DNA of 64,000 nucleotides, taken from positions 372,001-436,000 of the forward strand of contig JAHRHZ010000282.1 of NCBI GenBank assembly GCA_024137785.1. Reading direction: 5' to 3'. Below, one piece after another: positions 48,193 through 61,118 of this stretch. The notes beneath the pieces are model-generated. The model saw only the letters and a list, made by a program, of their open reading frames with translations, ran no database searches and was not told the origin of the DNA. How positions within the stretch are numbered: position 1 is the stretch's first letter; each line of letters begins with the position of its first letter. The DNA is from Ginglymostoma cirratum (lineage: Eukaryota). Both the position numbers and the translations under genes were made by a program.

Positions 48193-50155
48193 GATAACAA
48201 GGTGTAAACATGGATGAACACAGCAGGCCAAGCAGCATCAGAGGAGCAGGAAAGCTGACGTTTCCGCCCTAGACCCTTCTTGAGAATTTCTGAAGAAGGG
48301 TCTTGGCCCGAAATGTCAGCCTTCCTGCTCCTCTGATTCTGCTTGGCCTACTGTGTCCATCCAGCTCTACACCTTGTTATCTCAGATTCTCCATCATCTG
48401 CAGTTCCTACTATCTCTGAAACAATTTTAACCCCACCGAGAAGCCTCTTCTAAGGATGCCTACCCTGAAGAAGTTACCCTCCTCCCGAAGGAAAAACCTC
48501 AGTGGATCTCTCTCCCACTGCAACTCTCTCATAATCTCTTCAACCTTGAAACTGCTCGACCACGCCCTGAAGCACACCAAGTACTACAGCCACATCACCT
48601 TTCTTAGTACCTGCCTACGGAACCAGATCAACCCCAATGGACTACTGTCCACATTCAGGCCTTCCCAATTTGGTCCCAACCGTGACAATAACTAAATTCA
48701 GAACATTGAGATCCTTCAGAAGCGTTTCTCCGTACGACTCCTGAAACACACACTCGCAGCAATGAGCTGGCATCTCCTGGCACTGCAACCAAGCCTACCC
48801 CAGCTCAGAGCCTCCCTCTCCCAGGCCTGCAAAGGACCTCTCTTGTTTTTTATTCTTCGTAGGATCCACAACCTGAACTCACAATTCTACTCAGCTTTAT
48901 TGGACACTAAAAACTGTAAGTACAGTAAACTTAGTGGTGACTACCACCCAAAACGGGCTTCCTCCACCTTCCAAATCCCCAACCCTACCGAGGACCTTCC
49001 CCACAATGTGCCCGTTGCCATTGGCCATGTGGCCCCTGTCGGAGCACCCACGGATGACGTCACATCCTCCGCCGCCGGGCGCACCACTTCCGGAAAAGCG
49101 AGCGCCAACGACACCGCTGTTGATGTCACCGCCTCCATTTCAGAGGCCAACACCAGAGACATTGAGGACACACCGACCATCACTGCTGCTTCCACCGCCG
49201 AGGCCGCTCCGCCCCCCACCGATGCCGACGCCGCTCCGCCCACCACCGCCGACACAACTCCTCCCACAGCCGACGCCGTTCGGCCCCCCAACCTTCGCCG
49301 ACGTCGCTCCGCCCATCGCCTCCACAGCCAGCAGCTCTCAAGGAAACAGCAACACCCAGTCCTGCCGGGTCTTCACCATCCCCCCAGACCTCCCCCTTAC
49401 TGAGGGCGAATGGTCAGTCCTCAGTGAAGGGCTCACCTGTGTCCCCCTCCACCCACACATCAACAAATACCGGTCACGTTTGGACATTGAGCAGTTTTTC
49501 CGCCACCTCCGCCTCCGCACTTTCTTCTTCAACCATGAACCTAACCCTCCCTCTACAGACCCTTTATCCCGCCTCCAACACACCCCCTCCTTCTGGACAC
49601 CACCCCAAGGCCTCCTACCCTCCCTCGACCTCTTCATCTCCAACTGCCATCGAGACATCATTCGCCTCAACCTCTCCACCGCTCTCACCCACACCAACCT
49701 CTCCCCCACAGAACGTGCAGCCGTCCACTCCCTCCTCTCCAATCCCAACCTCACCATAAAACCCGCGGACAAGGGAGGCGCAGTTGCAATATCGCGCACT
49801 GACTCTTACATCGCCGAGGCTAGGTGCCAACTGTCCGACACCTCCTCCTACCGTCCCCTTGATCATGACCCCACCCCCGACCACCAAACCATCATCTCCC
49901 AAACCATCCACAACCTCATCACTCAGGTGACCTCCGACCCACAGCCTCCAAACTCATCGTTCCCCAACCCGGCACCACCCGCTTCTATCTCCTTCCCAAA
50001 ATCTACGAATACGACTGCCCAGTATTACTGAAGAAGGGTCTAGGCCCGAAACGTCAGTCTTCCTGCTCCTCTGATGCTGTTTGGCCTACTGTGTTCGTCC
50101 AGCTCTACACCTTGTTATGTCAGATTCTCCAGCGTCTGCTGTTCCTACTATCTCT
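48193..50155 (+). mobile_element. Internally deleted Penelope-like element (inverted 5' terminus, ORF N-terminal region, 3' terminal repeat)
   Basis: HITFLSTCL, VFTIPPDLPLTEGEWSVLSEGL, LTIKPADKGGAV and SSYRPLDHDPT motifs; ORF breaks at about 50027 directly into a terminal repeat. Confidence 0.9.
50028..50055 (+). ncRNA. Minimal hammerhead ribozyme core in a Penelope terminus
   Basis: CTGAAGA-a-GGGTCT/AGGCCC-GAAACGTC: CUGANGA, stem II, GAAA, palindromic ACGU stem III, GUC site. Confidence 0.6.
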
Positions 50156-50349
50156 TACAAGGAATCCTTTCCCCTATGGCATAAATGGTGCTCTGTTTAG
50201 ATACTGCCATTCTCTCCTCTAAATCTGCCATCAACCCAGCCGAAGTAAACAAAAAAGTACTTTTGGCTCTTGCTTGTCCCCAAATCCCTCTACTTCATAA
50301 AAGTAAAAATTGTCGCCTCGAAAATCTGTGCCCATTATTCCCAGGAGAG

Positions 50350-51090
50350 TCATACGGCATGGAAATTGATCTCTTGGTACAACTCGTCCATGGTGATCAA
50401 GTTTCCCAAACTAACATAGTCCATTTGCCGACGTTTGGCCCTATTCCTTACTATGCATTTCCTACTCACACACCTGTCCAAAGGACTTTTAAATGTTGTA
50501 ACTCTACCTGCATCCGTCACTTCCTGTGGCAGTTCATTCCACATATAAACCACTGTCTGTATAAAAAAGTATCCCCTCAGGTCCCTTTTAAATCATTTTC
50601 CTTTCACCTTAAACTTATACTTCACTCGCGTTAAAAGATCTTTGCTATTCACCTTATCTATGCCTCTCATGATTGTATAAAGCTACATAAAGTGCATTCG
50701 TCCTCCTACATTCCAGTGGAAAGAGTTCCAGCTTATTCAACCTCTCTTCATAACTCAAGCCATTCATTCCACCAACGCCATGTTGAATCTTTTCTTAACG
50801 CACTCCAATTTAATAATATCCTTCCTACATAAGGGTAAGAAACGTAAGTAATACTCCAAAGGTGGCCTCACCAACGCCCTGTACAACCTTCATATGACAT
50901 TCCAACTCGCATACTCAATCGTCTGAACAATGAAGGCAAGCGTGATGAACGCTTTCTTATCCAGCCTGTCTATTCACTATGCAACTTTAAAAGCATAATG
51001 TGCATGAATCCCAATATTTCCTTGTTCTGAAACGCTATCCAGGGCCTCACCATTAACTGCGTAAATCCTGCTCTTGTTTGTTTTACCAAA
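50350..51090 (-). mobile_element. CR1-type LINE 3' fragment
   Basis: Reverse complement: LYRALVRPPLEYY, YMWNELPQEVTDAG..TFK..LD and CR1-type tail. Confidence 0.8.
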
Positions 51091-52340
51091 ATTTCAGATT
51101 GATGAAATGGTGCAACACCATAATTTCTGCAATGAAATCATGCCAAAACCTCAGTCTTGTGCATGAATGGAATGATGGGTTCTGACAGTAGAGTTGCATT
51201 ACAGAGAATCAGGCTTAACCTGACAAACGAAATGCATCGAAGTGCTTCGCTCCCCTAAATTTCAGGGATCAATACTATGGATTTATACTTTCCTGCCAAG
51301 GTGGAAAGTTCACATTTTCCCACATTGCACTCCAACTGCCCAAATTGTGTCCATTCATTCAGCATTATCTAGATCCCACATGAGATTCACCGTCTTGCCA
51401 GTATTCTTTCCAATATGCCTTTGAATCATGAACAAATTTAACAAACTTCTATTTAGTCGTTAATATAGATTGTAAATAGTGGAAGCATCAGCACTGGTCA
51501 CAGGAGGACATCACTAGTTGCAGCTACCAATCAGAAAAGCGGTCTATTTCTTCCCACTACTTCTGTTAGCTGTGAAATCCCGATACATGATGTTACACTT
51601 AAGAAAATGAGCACGCATTTTCTGTGTTGACCGTTGATCGACAACTTTTTACTCGTTTTGCTTTTGAAATTCAAGTATACACATTCACAGTTTTGTCTCT
51701 ATTCACTTCATGTCATACATTTTCAGAACATTAATCCATCAGTCAAAATGACTTCCCTTTTACGAATTCATTTTGACTCTATCTGACTGTATCATGACTT
51801 TCAAACTTTCCTGCTTGGATGCAAGCTTGCCTGCTGTCTTCTCTGGTGGACTAATGTTTATGATTCAGCGCTTTCTCCGTTGCCAAACAAGTTCTATTGA
51901 TCGTCAGGACAGGAAGGTGTATTGCCCTTATATCAACTGTTAAAAATTAACTTGCGCTGCAGTTGCATGCAACACGAAAAGTAAAAAAAATGCTTCGGTC
52001 CAATCAGCCCATGCTTCCCAAACTAAACTAGTCCCACCATCCCCTGCTTGGATCCAAACATTAAGTAATCATGTATAAAAGAACTGAGACTGAATCAAAA
52101 TTTTAAAAATATATACTAATGAAATTTTAAAAAAAAGAAATCTAGAAGTATATATAGAAATAAGGCTGAATGTCAGGAGAAGTGTCACATCCACGCTACT
52201 ATTCCTCGACCATTTTAGAATATTTTAGAGTTTAGAGGTTTTTTTCCCCGAGATTCTCACATCTCTGCCAGAATCTCTGAGGGTTTCACATCGGAGATAA
52301 AAACCTCACACTGGGCCGGGAACAAATTGCATATAGTTCT

Positions 52341-52576
52341 GAGATAATAGGTACTGCAGATGCTGGAGAATCCGAGATAACAAGGTGTGGAGCTGGATTA
52401 ACACAGCAGGCCAAGCAGCATCAGAGGAGCAGGAACGCTTGACGTTTTGGGCCTAGACCCTTCATCAGAAAATCATTTTCTGATGAAGTGCCTAGGCCCG
52501 AAACGTCAAGCTTTCCAGCTCATATGATGCTGCTTGGCCTGCTGTGTTCATCCAGGTTCACACCTTATTATCTCGC
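52341..52576. mobile_element. Palindromic Penelope-terminus element with hammerhead cores on both strands
   Basis: About 100-nt inverted arms centred near 52474; plus-strand core CTGATGA..GAAACGTC 52480-52507; minus-strand core 52468-52441 has GAAA changed to AAAA. Confidence 0.85.
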
Positions 52577-53254
52577 ATATATTTCTGCTCCTGAGAATTT
52601 AGGCACTCGTAAATGTTGGCCGCAGGTCGACATTAACTCTATCCCTCAATAAAACACACAATATTCTTAAGGGGCTTGACAGCATGGAAGCATAAATATT
52701 GTTTCTTCTTCTGGCACAGTCTTTTTCCAGAGGGGAGAATCTTGGAATAAGAGTCACATATTTAAGAGAGAGATGAGGAGGCATTTCTTTACTTTGAGGG
52801 TTGTGAACCTTTGTGATTCTTTACCACAGACACCTGTCGAGGCTCTGTCATTAATTCCACCCAAGGATGCTATAGATAGATTTTTAATCAGTAAGGGACA
52901 AAAATGTAGTGGGGAAAGGCATGAATGTGGTTTGAGGATTATCAAACCGTCCACAATCTATTCGAGGAGAACATGACTGAAAGCTTGGCCACACCTTTTA
53001 CACGACTAGATCCTTAAATAGAGGAGTGACTTTGAATAAAATGATAGAAGTTTTTAACAGAGAAAGGCGATATCGAAACAGGAACGAGAAGACAAAGGTG
53101 TTTTCTCTGCCACCACTTCTGAAATTGGAGACCATTCACGTGAAATAGTGACGGTGTATATTTTTGCTTGTTGTTCACCTCGTGAATGTTCCCATTTCTG
53201 CTCATGTGTCTGCGCACACGACAACTCTGCACCATATCAGCGGTAAGCATAGCT

Positions 53255-53332
53255 GAGTCCAGTGGTGCAATGTATAAAGTGTCTGACTATGGATCCTAAA
53301 AAAACTGTAAGTTTGAGCCCTACCTGGACTCA
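53255..53332 (+). pseudogene. tRNA-Arg(ACG)-derived pseudogene
   Basis: CCAGTGGTGCAATGTATAAAGTGTCTGACTATGGATC..GTTTGAGCCCTACCTGGACTC versus CCAGTGGCGCAATGGATAACGCGTCTGACTACGGATC; CpG-type decay, anticodon now ATG. Confidence 0.8.
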
Positions 53333-53734
53333 CCACAAAGGCGATTTTTATTTTTTCAGAGGTAAATATTCCTGAGAAAATCAGAACTAGTACATCACCG
53401 GCTTAAAGAAGGAGAAATGCCTTGACTGCATCTGCTTAGTCAGACAGTTCATCTTTTATTCTCCTGTTATTCTTTTCTAAAGATTCACAAAGCAGGATGT
53501 TGGGGTGTCTGTTCTGTTCCATTTCCAGGGGCCACAATGATTGTACCGATGGGTTTGGGAAATTTCACATGAACAGCCTGTCGGAATATTTCCCCTTCTC
53601 ATTCTCTGATGACATTGCCTCTGATGTTCTTGGCGACATTTATTGAAGTAAAATCTTCTGCCTTGCGATGTTAACAGGGGCACATCTGTGAATTGGAACA
53701 TTCACAAAGTGAACAAACAACAAAGATTGTCGCC

Positions 53735-54086
53735 ATCAGTGATTCGCTTTGGCCTCGTTGTCTGCTGGAACGTTCTTTGTTTTAACACAGTCAGTCTGTT
53801 ATTTTATGATGCACTCCAGTGAATTTACCTTTCATGTTTTGAGCCATGGTCTCTTCGAGTCAAGACCATAACCAAATTCGTCGAGAAGCTTCTGGTCATT
53901 TCTCGCCAGAGGTCTGCAGTCATACGAGTTGAACAACACCTTTACTGGTGCCGCTCCTTCACTGCAGCTCAGCGCTTCCAAACAGGCCCCAGTTATCATC
54001 CACCTGTTCAGTATCTTCCTGAAGTATGTCTGCTGAACTACAACAGATTATCACAGCGAGGGCGACAATACGGACTGTTTGGAAAC
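53735..54086 (-). pseudogene. Possible decayed V relic with intronless leader (light-chain/gamma-like)
   Basis: FQTVRIVALAVIICCSSADILQEDTEQV..GSAELQ*RSGTSKGVVQLV*LQTSGEK..NMKGKFTG..KNVPADNEA..H*W; stops fall at the expected Cys/Trp positions; several frameshifts; no RSS. Confidence 0.4.
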
Positions 54087-54328
54087 TTAGAGAGAGGAAC
54101 GTTTCTGATGAAGGCTGTTCTGCCGTGAAGAACTGCGATAAGAGCATGCACAAGTCAGGTGGCAAGTGTTGCTCGTATTCAGCTGTGAACTTTCTACTTT
54201 TGCAAAAGCCCAAGGTGATAGAAATTCTCGCGGGGCAACATTGAAACATAGAAAAAGAAACACCGCGCTACTGTGATTGAATGGTTAAGGAAATGGCCAT
54301 ATCGATGGGCAACAATGAACTGCTACGT

Positions 54329-54402
54329 GGAGCTGAGTCATATTGTGTTAAAGAGCCTTTCTTCAAAGCGGGTGTTTCTGAGTTCAAATTACAGCAGTAC
54401 TT
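54329..54402 (+). pseudogene. tRNA-Thr-like pseudogene (heavily decayed)
   Basis: GGAGCTG..GTTAAAGAGCCTTTCT..CTGAGTTCAAATTACAGCAGTACTT resembles tRNA-Thr; a tRNA-Ser-like 5' fragment sits at about 54267-54298. Confidence 0.5.
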
Positions 54403-55994
54403 TCACCTTACGTTGGAAGTTCCTCGTTGATTGATCCAACATGGTGATGTGAAAGGAGGCATCTATTGACTGAGCATGCTTCCTGATACGTAGTTGACAA
54501 TAACACTCAATTGATCCTGGAAAATATTTCCTATGTTTGCCAAACACTTCTGCTTTTCCTCATCTTTTATTCTCACTTCTCAATTTCCAGCTTGGTAGGT
54601 ATAACGAGGAGAGGCACGATAAAATACAAAGTGACGGGGTAACATTGCGGTATAATCACTGAAACGACAAGCTGGTCACCTTTTTCACTGCTGTCACGAT
54701 TCATTAATTTTACACCAACAACAAAGACGTCACTGTAAAGCCTGTAATTGTGGTTGGATTGTCTTGGTGATAGATTAGAAATCCTATTTAGAATCCTTTG
54801 AGGGAAGAAACGCATCCTTACCTCAGGCTGATGTAACAGACAATTTATCCAGAGAATGTGAGTCCAGTTCTACACACTCCAGCAAGGCTGTTGGGGGTGA
54901 GGAGGTGGTGGGACTGGTGTTCTCAGCAGCTCTTCTCTCACATTGTCTCCAACGTTCAGACTTTTTACAAAGCAGAAATAGGAAATGAGACAGATGGACG
55001 TACGAAGAAATGGAGGGAGTAAAAAGCATGAGGTGGATACGCAGGGGCAAAGAGAAACAGATAGAGACACATCGTGTGGTAGACACCGAAAGAACCAATT
55101 CCCCATTCGACATGGCCATTAGCGGACAGAAAGGAAAAAAGAAAACAGCCTTTCACCATCTCAGGGCGAAGGAAGGAGCATGAGATCTCATTAAATCATT
55201 TTAAAGTTGTACAATTGACAGTTGTAAGTTAATGAGAGAGAGTTTGATACGAATCTTGATTTAGCAGGTAAACATGATATTCCAACACCCTCTCCATGAT
55301 CAGCCCCACTACCGTACTTTAATATAGAGATGTATAATTTACCTAGTTTGAAGAAAAGTCACTGGACCGGAAAAACTTTCTATCCACGAATGCAGCCAGA
55401 CCTGTTGTGTTTCACAAGCAATTTCTGTTTTTGCTTCAGATTTCCAGGATCCACGTTTCTTTGTTTTATACTAGTCTGAATAAAGTTGGGATTAAAAAAG
55501 ATTATTCTGATATCTCCACACTTTATTTCTTGTTACTGAAATCAATTATAAATTCTATCATGCCTCTGAATTAGCAACATGCAGAAATTCTCATTCCCTG
55601 ACGAAGGACAGAGCGAAGTCTGAGGCAGAAAATGTTGCATTCTTAACACTGGAACACCCGAGAACTGGCTGCCAGGGCTTGTATATTTTCTTAATGACAT
55701 TGTTTTTAACATTTCGATTGCGATATCTTTCACCACATATTAGTTTCTCCCTATCACGAGCTTTACAGGGCGGAAAAGAGCCTTGTTCCCATCGTTTCAA
55801 TGCTGGTGATCAAATGTCCATGTATTCTAATTCCATTTTGTAGCACTTGGCCCGCAGCCTTGAGCGCTCTGAGTTTCAAGTACTAATCTTATTGACATGC
55901 CCCTGTTATGTTGTAATCACTAACGTAACAAACAATGTCACTGAAATCTGAGATGGTCTAATTGCATTCATACTCCATTGGAGAACTGAACCTC

Positions 55995-56900
55995 ATATTC
56001 ACCAACAGTGGGAAACACAGACAAAACGACGAGACAGAATAAAGGAAAGAGATAACGTGTTTAGCGCATGGTGGAAAGAAAATAACCTCTCTTTCAACGG
56101 AAAAAAATGAAGGAGCCGTTCGTTGACTTCAGTAAGCAATGTGGTGGGCACCGCCCAATTTACAACAATGGATCTTGGGGAACGGGGAGGTAGACGAGGC
56201 CACAAGTTCCTGGGACCGATGATAACAACAATCTGACCTGGTCCATCCACGTCGAGGCAATTTTCAAGAAAGCACAACAAATTCTCTACTTTCCTGGTAG
56301 GTCAAAATATCTCTGATCAACTTTTATAGTGCACCGGAGGAAGCATTCAATATGGATGTATCAAAACTGGTTTGGCAACTGATTTCCTAAAGACCCTAAG
56401 AAAATACATACAGACATGCACACAGCCAAGTCCATCACGCAAAACAGACTCCTATCCATTGACTCCAACTGTATTTGCATCAACATCGGAAAAGCAATTA
56501 ACTTAATCCAAGACCAATCCCGCCCTGGTTATGCACTCTTCCACCTTCTTCGTTCGGGCAGAAGACACAAACGTTTGTATACACATGCTACTACATTCAA
56601 GGACAAAAGTAGAAACTTATGGAAAATCTCAGCAGGTGTGGAGGCATCTGTGGAGAGAATCCAAAGGTAGCATTTTGTATCGAGTGACCCTTCCTCAAAA
56701 CAGCTAGGATTTACAAGATTCAAGAATAGCTTCTCCTCTGTCATTAGACTTCAGAAGACCTCTCAAATTTTAAATTTAATATTGACCTCGTTCTCTCCAC
56801 GCCTTCTCTGCATCCGTAACTTTGCATTCTTGTCTCTGATCTAATACTCTAATGCACTTTGTGTGCTATGATCTACATGTTATACACGCACAACAACAAC
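55995..56900 (+). mobile_element. Rex1/Babar-like LINE 3' fragment, interrupted by a short repeat
   Basis: AWWKENNLSFN.KK.KE.FVDFSK, KFLG..I...LTWS.H and ALFHLLRSGRR..RFKNSF motifs. Confidence 0.7.
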
Positions 56901-58025
56901 ATCAGCAATTTCAACAACAAAAAACACTTTGTCTAGGTACATGTAGCAACAAATGAAATGAAATGAAATCACATCAAATAGAACAAAGTCAAACACCCTT
57001 CTGAGAGTGACTGAGGCATCTGGATTATGCCTGCTCTGAGTTCTTCACAGCAGCTCTCGGTCCCCAGACACAACTCGCTCCGAAAAAATAGGCATGTTTA
57101 TGTGCAGCACAAGCGACTAATTTCGACAATGAATGATAGCGGTGAGCTAAGACATGAAATGAACATTGAACTGAAATATTCCAACAACCTGTTCATACGC
57201 AATTTTTACCTTTCGAAGCCTATTCCAACACAATCCGTACAGCCCCTGTTAAACTAATAAGACACCACCCGCCAGATATTCTTGAATGAAATGATTTGAC
57301 ACACAACAAACTCTAAACATTTTTATGCCACACCTCTTTCTGCTCCTGTCCCTGTCTCGCCTCCAGCTGCATCGAATCATCCAGGTCCAAAGTCAGTGAG
57401 CTGCTGGATACAACCACAGTGAAATCGTGAAGTCAGTCTTTAGCAGGAAAGCAGGGCCAGGGAATGTAAGACATAAGGTATTGAGAATCAACGGGCTTGC
57501 ACACAGCTAGGTAACGAGACAGTGGGATATTATCTTCCTGATTCTTCCATAAACTGTTTCGAGGAATGTGCACAATGCCAATTATCCCCAGTCACAATGT
57601 CACAATGGATAACTTGTCTGTCAGACAGATCAGGGAATGTCGATTCATCTCCTTCCTGACTCTGGTACATTTTGCAAATGTTATCCTGTCACATCACAAA
57701 CGTAGCTGACTGCCGCTGTTATTAGACGTCTGCAACACAGAAAAAGGCTCTTCAGCCGATCTAGTCTGCATCCGTCACACACAAGTACCTCAGTTATTAT
57801 AGTCTCATTTTCCAGCATTCGGCAGGTAGCCGTGTAGGTCTTTGCATCACAAATGCATATATAATTGCTTCTTAAAAATAAAAAAAAGATTCCTGCCTTT
57901 TCCATCGTAACAGCCAGTAAGTTCCAGATTCTCTCCACCTCGGATCTGTGTGAATGTTTTCCCTCAAATCGCCTATGACTACACCTTCAGCCCAGAGGAG
58001 GGAAACTCCTTCTTCATGGTCTCAA

Positions 58026-58107
58026 CTACAGTCAGTAGGTGCGAAACTGCGAGAGGAAATCCCAATGGATTTCTCATCCTTCGCCTTAATAATTCGGCCA
58101 CGACCAC
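58026..58107 (-). pseudogene. tRNA-Ser(AGA) pseudogene
   Basis: GTGGTCGTGGCCGAATTATTAAGGCGAAGGATGAGAAATCCATTGGGATTTCCTCTCGCAGTTTCGCACCTACTGACTGTAG, 82 nt, collinear with vertebrate tRNA-Ser(AGA); D-loop GG and B-box mutated. Confidence 0.85.
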
Positions 58108-58606
58108 AGAACCACGCTGCCAATCTGTTTTTCCCAATATCTCTACCTGCAACACCGAGGAAGAGAAAATCATTGTTGGGTTTATTTGAATCCAACTACT
58201 TCATAGATTTCTAAAGGGTTAAATATCCATACATGGTGGCTCTTGTTGCTTAATTAAACAATTCGGAATGAACATTAGTTTAAACCAGGAATTTCTGGAA
58301 AACCCAGCAGTACTGGCAGCCTTTGAGGAGAAAGAAACAGAGTAAACGTTTGGGAATTTTATCAGAATTCACTTTTCTTTCTACAGATGTTACCAAACCT
58401 GAGATGAGTTTCTCCAGAACTTATTGGTTTTGATTCACGTTTCGAACATCCAAAGTTCGTTATGCTAGTCATTTCAAAAAAAAAAAAGATTAACTTTCTC
58501 ATGACTCACTGGAAAAGATTTCTGTCTGGGCATATTTTCGTGTCCTCATTGACAATGCAAATCTATGCAGTGAAGAAAGGTGAAGGATTGAAAATAGCAG
58601 CAGCTT

Positions 58607-58680
58607 GGCTCTTTTGTGGTCTCGAACCAAACTGCTTTGATTTAATGGCCGAATGCATGGACGAATCCTGCCACACAGCC
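58607..58680 (-). pseudogene. tRNA-Asn(GTT)-derived pseudogene
   Basis: GGCTGTGTGGCAGGATTCGTCCATGCATTCGGCCATTAAATCAAAGCAGTTTGGTTCGAGACCACAAAAGAGCC, 74 nt, collinear with tRNA-Asn; anticodon now ATT. Confidence 0.6.
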
Positions 58681-61118
58681 AAGACATTCTGCTGCTTGCA
58701 AGATCCCATAATGCGGTGATTTCAAGCTTGGTATTGCCATTTTTGGGGATGACAATTGTCCTCTTTCAGTTTTAACTTTCTAAATTAAAGGCTGGGACTT
58801 TCATTGTAGCGATATGCGAACAGTCTGATTACACCCACTGCAGACACATCCTTGTCACCGGGAATCAGTTTTTCATCAATGACACTCCCTGAATCATAAA
58901 GTGAGAAGTAAATACACAAGCCGATAATTGTACAATCTTCAGCACCATTCTTGAATCCTCAGACAATGAGGTAGTCCGTGTCCAAACCTAGAAAAAACAA
59001 CAACAACATCCAGGATTTCAGCTGAGAAGTGGTAAGTTAGATTGATGTTACTCGACCATCTCCAGCAATACTAAAGTTAACATTTTCTCATTGTGGAATA
59101 CTGCGCAAATAATAACAGAAAGTGCAGATGAAACAATTCCAGTTTCTCTGGACTATTCTTTCTTCTCTTGGTCGCCTAAGAACGTGATCTAGTCTAACCA
59201 AAATAAGTCAAAACCAGCAACAAAGCCCCAAGAAAATTAAAGTGAATCTTCTGATCTAAAACTAAATGTTGTTCCTTCTATCTTGTGACACTTCATGCCC
59301 TGAGATATCCACTGGACCAACAGGTTGTAGACCGTATCAAATGCACTGGTAGTCACCACGTGCTGCCATCCTATTCCATTCCAACGACACCTCAGCACAT
59401 ACGAGGCCACAACATGGAGATCGGCTTCTTCCTTAGAGAGGAAAGCTGACTCCAGGGCACATTCAAATCAGCCATTACTTTACTTAAAAGCAGAAAGTGC
59501 ACGAAGGCCAAAATGGTTAACTCCAATTTCTATTCGTAACGTTCTTTCAGAGTGATCGTCTGCATTTGGCTTTGTCTTACCAACAAGCACGTACATCATT
59601 GCACATCACGTTGTTCATGAATATACTTCCCGTATCCTTATCAGCCCAGTTCGAAGTCATGTTTCATTTATTCATTCACCTGGAGATATCTTTGCTTATG
59701 TAATACTGGGCCATTTGTCAACTGTTGCTGTGTCAGTAAATCCAAACACCAATTTGAGAATTTGAAGCCCATCTTATGCTTGAGTTAGTGGAAGAAATAA
59801 AATAATCTGCAATTTCCTCATGGCCGAGAATTTGTATGTGATAGCCCCGTCGTCTGATCTCCTCCATTGTGAAATTATAATAATTTCAAACAATTCACAC
59901 TAAGGTAGGATAAATCTTTGAAAACTAAAAAAACTCAATAAATCAAATATATAAACTAGTTACAAATGAAAAATCTTGAAATAAACGTGAAATTGATTGG
60001 GATGGGAAAAGGCAGCTTTTGGTTAGAAGAAGCACGTTAGTACCAACACGCAGTGTCTCCACTTGTTGGAGACGCAAAGGCATGGCTAATGGAAAGTGGG
60101 TTCCAGCAAAAATTGCAGCCAGCTATTCGCCCTCAAATAAAGCAGAATTTGTAATGTTGCAAATGTAAGGCAGGCAACGGCAAATTTGTTCGTGTCTTTA
60201 TCCCACAGTAAGTCTAAATGAATTGCATCTTGTGACTTAATTATCCCTCTGAAAACTGTCACTTAGGATAGGTCAGGGAAAATTTTAACTTGTCACAAAG
60301 TGAAAGCATACAGGATTATGATTTCTTTATGTTCCTGCAAGTCAGTGAGTGAGCCAGTGATTTTTTTTTATCATTTGCTATCCCATGATCGCTGCTGTTA
60401 GTGATTCTGGTAAGCCATAGATATCAAATGAGACTTTTTTTTCTCTAAATCTCATGAAATTTCTCCAACATTTATTTCTGTTTCTATGTAAGCAACTTCC
60501 ACCCAGCTCAAATGCTGATATGCACCTTACACGTTACATCATGTTTTGGTGAGTCAATGTGAATTCCCAACATTTTCATTGTGAAACGCTGCAAGATATT
60601 TCTCCGTGTATTTTGCAGCACGTTTACAGAACCACAATTTATTATGTTGGGATGTTCATTGTAAATACTACACTGCATTAACATGAATCCACCAAGAGTT
60701 TGGGACAAATTCTGACACTCAAACTCATAATAGGGAAAGGGGGAGACAGCTCAGAGAAAGAACCTGGAAGTTTCAGAGCTGTCTTCAAAACAGGAAAATG
60801 TGGACTGGATATGCCAGTGAACAACAATTCTTCCTGCAATTTGCTCAAGGAGCTGTTTATGCTCTACTGAAACCCTCAAGACATTGAAGAAATATTCAGA
60901 TGAACAATTCAAAGCTCATTGCACACAAGGCTATGGACCAAGAGCTGGAAACTGGGATTAGAGTAGACGGATTTTTGATGACCGGCATAGATACGATAGG
61001 CTGGAAAGCCTCTGCTGTGTGTAAATATTGGATCATTTTGGAGTACAAACTTATCTTTAGTGAAAATAATTTGAGATAAGAAACAAGGTCAAAAGACATA
61101 TCATTAAGAAAAGATTCT

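Noticed and set aside
48762-50031. 365-aa and 213-aa Pro/Thr/Ala-rich ORFs as a novel mucin-like gene
   Set aside because: Frameshifted pieces of the Penelope ORF N-terminal region (PADKGGA motif)
56995-57060. Further tRNA-Leu-like fragments (also about 35500 and 60045)
   Set aside because: Similarity too short and weak to call without a covariance model
57395-57455. D-like TGCTGGATAC followed by CACAGTG
   Set aside because: No credible nonamer at 12 or 23 nt on either side
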